Source: Phyllobates terribilis
Lineage: Eukaryota
Reading direction: 5' to 3'
NCBI RefSeq assembly: GCF_046119375.1
Contig: NW_027362762.1
Coordinates: 666,066,001 to 666,130,000 of the forward strand
Length of the DNA: 64,000 bases
How positions within the stretch are numbered: position 1 is the stretch's first letter; every line of letters begins with the position of its first letter. The notes beneath the pieces are model-generated. The model saw only the letters and a program-made list of their open reading frames with translations, did not search any database and was not told the DNA's origin. Positions 60,924-64,000 of this stretch are shown here, piece by piece. A program made the position numbers and the translations under genes.

Positions 60924-62089
60924 ATTATTATCACTATCAATAAATTGCACCTTCTTTGTACCATTTGTGGCTATCCAAATTTCATGGGATACGGTTTAAA
61001 TACCCTTTTTCCAGAAATGACTACGCTGCCTACTATTTTCTGACATATTGGGATTTCTTAATTGGACGGAAGCGCCTCCGGATTTTTTCATATTTTTCTA
61101 ATACAAAATTACTTGCATGACTACTTCTGTAGCAGCTGTGGAATTTGTGGTGTCATGGAGCCTGGACCATCCATAACACAATGTCCAGACTTAATGCAGG
61201 TGGAGTAGGGTGTTGTATTTTAAAATGGAGGATGCGCAACATTGCTTACATTATGCATCTGTGTCAGTCCACTTTTTACTTAACTTAATAGAACACATAC
61301 AACATTTAGAACTAAAAAATAAGAACATTTAAGTTTTTTCAATTCTGAATATCTGGAAACATTCCACGAAATGTTCTAGATTGCCCCAAAAATGTCCATT
61401 TTTGAGTTGAGCTTTGCAAATACCCATGCCTGTCTGATTAAGAGGACTATTCCGACAAAATCAGGACTGCCAAGTATGTAAATATTAAAGGATCACCTAG
61501 TGAGGTGAATTCTCTAAGCCATTCATCTGGGTGAGCAACACAGACTGGTAGCAATGGTGCAGCGGAATGGGTCAGGACGGATGACATGTGGATCAACATA
61601 AACCAGATCAGCTAGATAAGAAAGATGCAAATAAACAAGTGGAGCAGGTACCACAGATGAAGCAGAGTCAGGTATGTAGATACACACGGAAACAGTGATC
61701 GTATAGGAAATTGGTATCATCCAGCAGGGAAGCAGGTAATCATAGTAATGCAGGCTGGTATTTTCCTCCACAGTAATGGTTAATAGCAACAGTGTAAAAA
61801 AAAAATAAATGCAGTGTGGTATTTTGCAACAGGGTCATGGTTAATAGCAGCGATGTAACACAGGTAAATGCAGTCTGGTGACTTCCAACTAGAAAATTGC
61901 CAATAACAGCGATATAACACAAATGAAAATGCAAGCTAGAGAAATTGTTGAGGTTGGAAACTTGTGTACCGAGAGGTTGGTGTGGACAACACCTAATAAA
62001 TTGGACCCAGCTTGGAAATAATTCTGGTTATAGCATGAAAGTCAGGAGAAACTGAGGAGATGATAGACATCGTGTTATAGATGACAAAC

Positions 62090-62437
62090 ATCTCTAATGA
62101 TTTAGAGATGATCTGCAAAGAGGAGTGGACCAAAATTCCTCCTGACATGTGCACAACCCTCATCATCATCAACTACAAAAAAGTCTGACTGCTGTGCTTG
62201 CCAACAAGGGTTTTGCCACTAAGTATTAAGTGTTATTTGCCAGAGGGATCAAACACTTAATTCTCACTGCAAAATGCAAAAAAAATTATCTAATTTATAC
62301 AATGTGATTTTCTTGATTTTTTTGGATATTCTATCTCTCAATGTTAAAATTAACCTACCTTTAAAATTATAGACTGCCTTTGTCAGTGGGCAAACTTACA
62401 ATAACAGCAAGGGATCAAATAATTATTTCCTTCACTG
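62090..62437 (+). mobile_element. 3' fragment of a Tc1-like element
   Basis: [27 protein letters not shown]; ends CACTG|TA. Confidence 0.75.
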
Positions 62438-62439
62438 TA

Positions 62440-63963
62440 TGTGGTATTGCTACGTTCAGCAGAAATTATGGGACAAATTTTGGTACCAGTTTTACCCATT
62501 TCCCTGTGTGAAAATGGAAAATCTGGGGCTAAAACAAAATTGTTGTGGTAAAAATACTTTACTGCCCAATAATATAAAATTCTGGGACACACCTGTGGTG
62601 TCAATATGATCACTGCACCCCTAGATTAATTCATTGAGAGGTGTAGTTTGTAAAATGGGGTCACTTTTGGGGGATTCTGCTGTTCTGGTACCTAAGGGGT
62701 TCTGTCAATGTGACATGACACCCTCTAATCAGTACAGCTAAATCCGAGCTCCAATATGGTGCTTCTTCCCTTCTGAACTTTGCACGGTGCCTCAAAAGTA
62801 ATTTTTGACCAAATATGGGGTATCGGTATACTCAGAAGAAATTGCACAACAAATTTTGGGGTCCATTTTGTGAGAATGAAACAAATTTGGTGCCAAAACA
62901 ACATTTTTGTTGGAAAAATGTGAGTTTTTATTTTCAAAGCTCTACGTTATAAACGTCTGTGAGGCACCTGGGGGTTCAGGGTGCTCCCCACACATCTAGA
63001 TACATTCCTTGAGGGGTCTAGTTTCCAAAATGGGGTAATTTTTGGGGAGTTTCCACTGTTTAGGCACATCAAGGACACTTCAAACATGACATGGCATCCG
63101 ATAATGATTCCAGACAATTTTGCATTCAAAAAGTCAAATGATGCTCCTTCCATTCCAAGCCCTGCTGTGCACCCAAACAGTAGTTTTCCCCCACATATGG
63201 GATATCGGCGTACTCAGGAGAACTTGAACAACAAATTGTATGGCGAAATTTCTCCTGTTACCCTTGTAAAAATGCAAAATTTGGGTCTAAAAGAATATTT
63301 TTGCACAAAAAATTAGATTTTTTTTTATTTTCACGGCTCTACGTTATAAACATTTGTGAAGCACCTGGGGGTTCAAGGTGCTCACCACACATCGAAATAC
63401 GTTCCTTGAGGGGTCTAGTTTCCAAAATGGTGTCACTTGTGGGGTGTTTCCACTGTTTAGGCACATAAGGGGATCTCCAAACGTGACATGGCGTTCCCTA
63501 ATGATTCCAGCAAATTTTACAATCAAAAAGTCAAATGGCACTCCTTCCCTTCTAAGCCATGTTGTGCGGCCAAACAGTAATTTTTCTCAACATATGGGGT
63601 ACTGGCGTGCTCAGGAGAAACTGCGCAACAAATTTTGGGGTCCATTTTCTCCTGTTACCCTTGTGAAAATAAAACAATTTGCGTCTAAATTTTTGTGAAA
63701 AAAAAAGTTAAATGTTCATTTTAACCTTCCACATTGCTTCAGTTCCTGTGAAGCACCTGAAGGGTTAATAAACTTATTGAATATGATTTTGAGCACCTTG
63801 ATGGGTGCAGTTTTTAGAATGATGTCACTTTTGGGTATTTTTTGTCGTATAGATCCCTCAAAGTCACTTAAAATGTGATGTGGTCCCTGCAAAATTGGTT
63901 TTGTAAATTTTGCTGGAAAAATTCACTGGTCATGAAGGTGAAAACAGGCTCGGGGTGAAGGGA
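62440..63963. mobile_element. Right part of a piggyBac-type non-autonomous element with ~380-397-bp internal tandem units
   Basis: Same units as 17500-18434; ends GAAGGGA|TTAA. Confidence 0.65.
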
Positions 63964-64000
63964 TTAAAACAACCTAGAATTTACAAAACTAAAACTTGCA

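Noticed and set aside
61778-61935. Three ~60-bp degenerate repeats as an element terminus
   Set aside because: Boundaries and TSD could not be defined.

Overview
Eukaryotic, transposon-dominated non-genic DNA. The element families and termini point to an anuran amphibian genome (inference). No prokaryotic system, CRISPR array or intact recognisable host gene was found. The window holds: (1) two chromodomain Ty3/Gypsy elements, one full length (4194-9180), with a tRNA-less self-priming-type PBS; (2) a three-level nest: a TTAA-flanked piggyBac-type element (15411-33012) containing a giant hAT element with two higher-order satellite arrays (18435-~32867), whose transposase is interrupted by a truncated Gypsy; (3) a 2.9-kb non-autonomous Helitron (34474-37400) built from a 67-bp palindromic unit carrying NF-Y CCAAT boxes and an E2F/CDE + 4 nt + CHR-like motif, the most unusual object here; (4) Tc1-family elements of DD34E, DD38E and DD37E types, the last a 666-bp-arm fold-back; (5) Penelope-like fragments with a decayed minimal hammerhead ribozyme; (6) a Chapaev-type transposon, three solo LTRs, many MITEs, L1 remnants and one candidate splice-bounded exon (42800-43185, minus). 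All coordinates, counts and identities were read by eye; family names rest on recalled motifs, not database searches.
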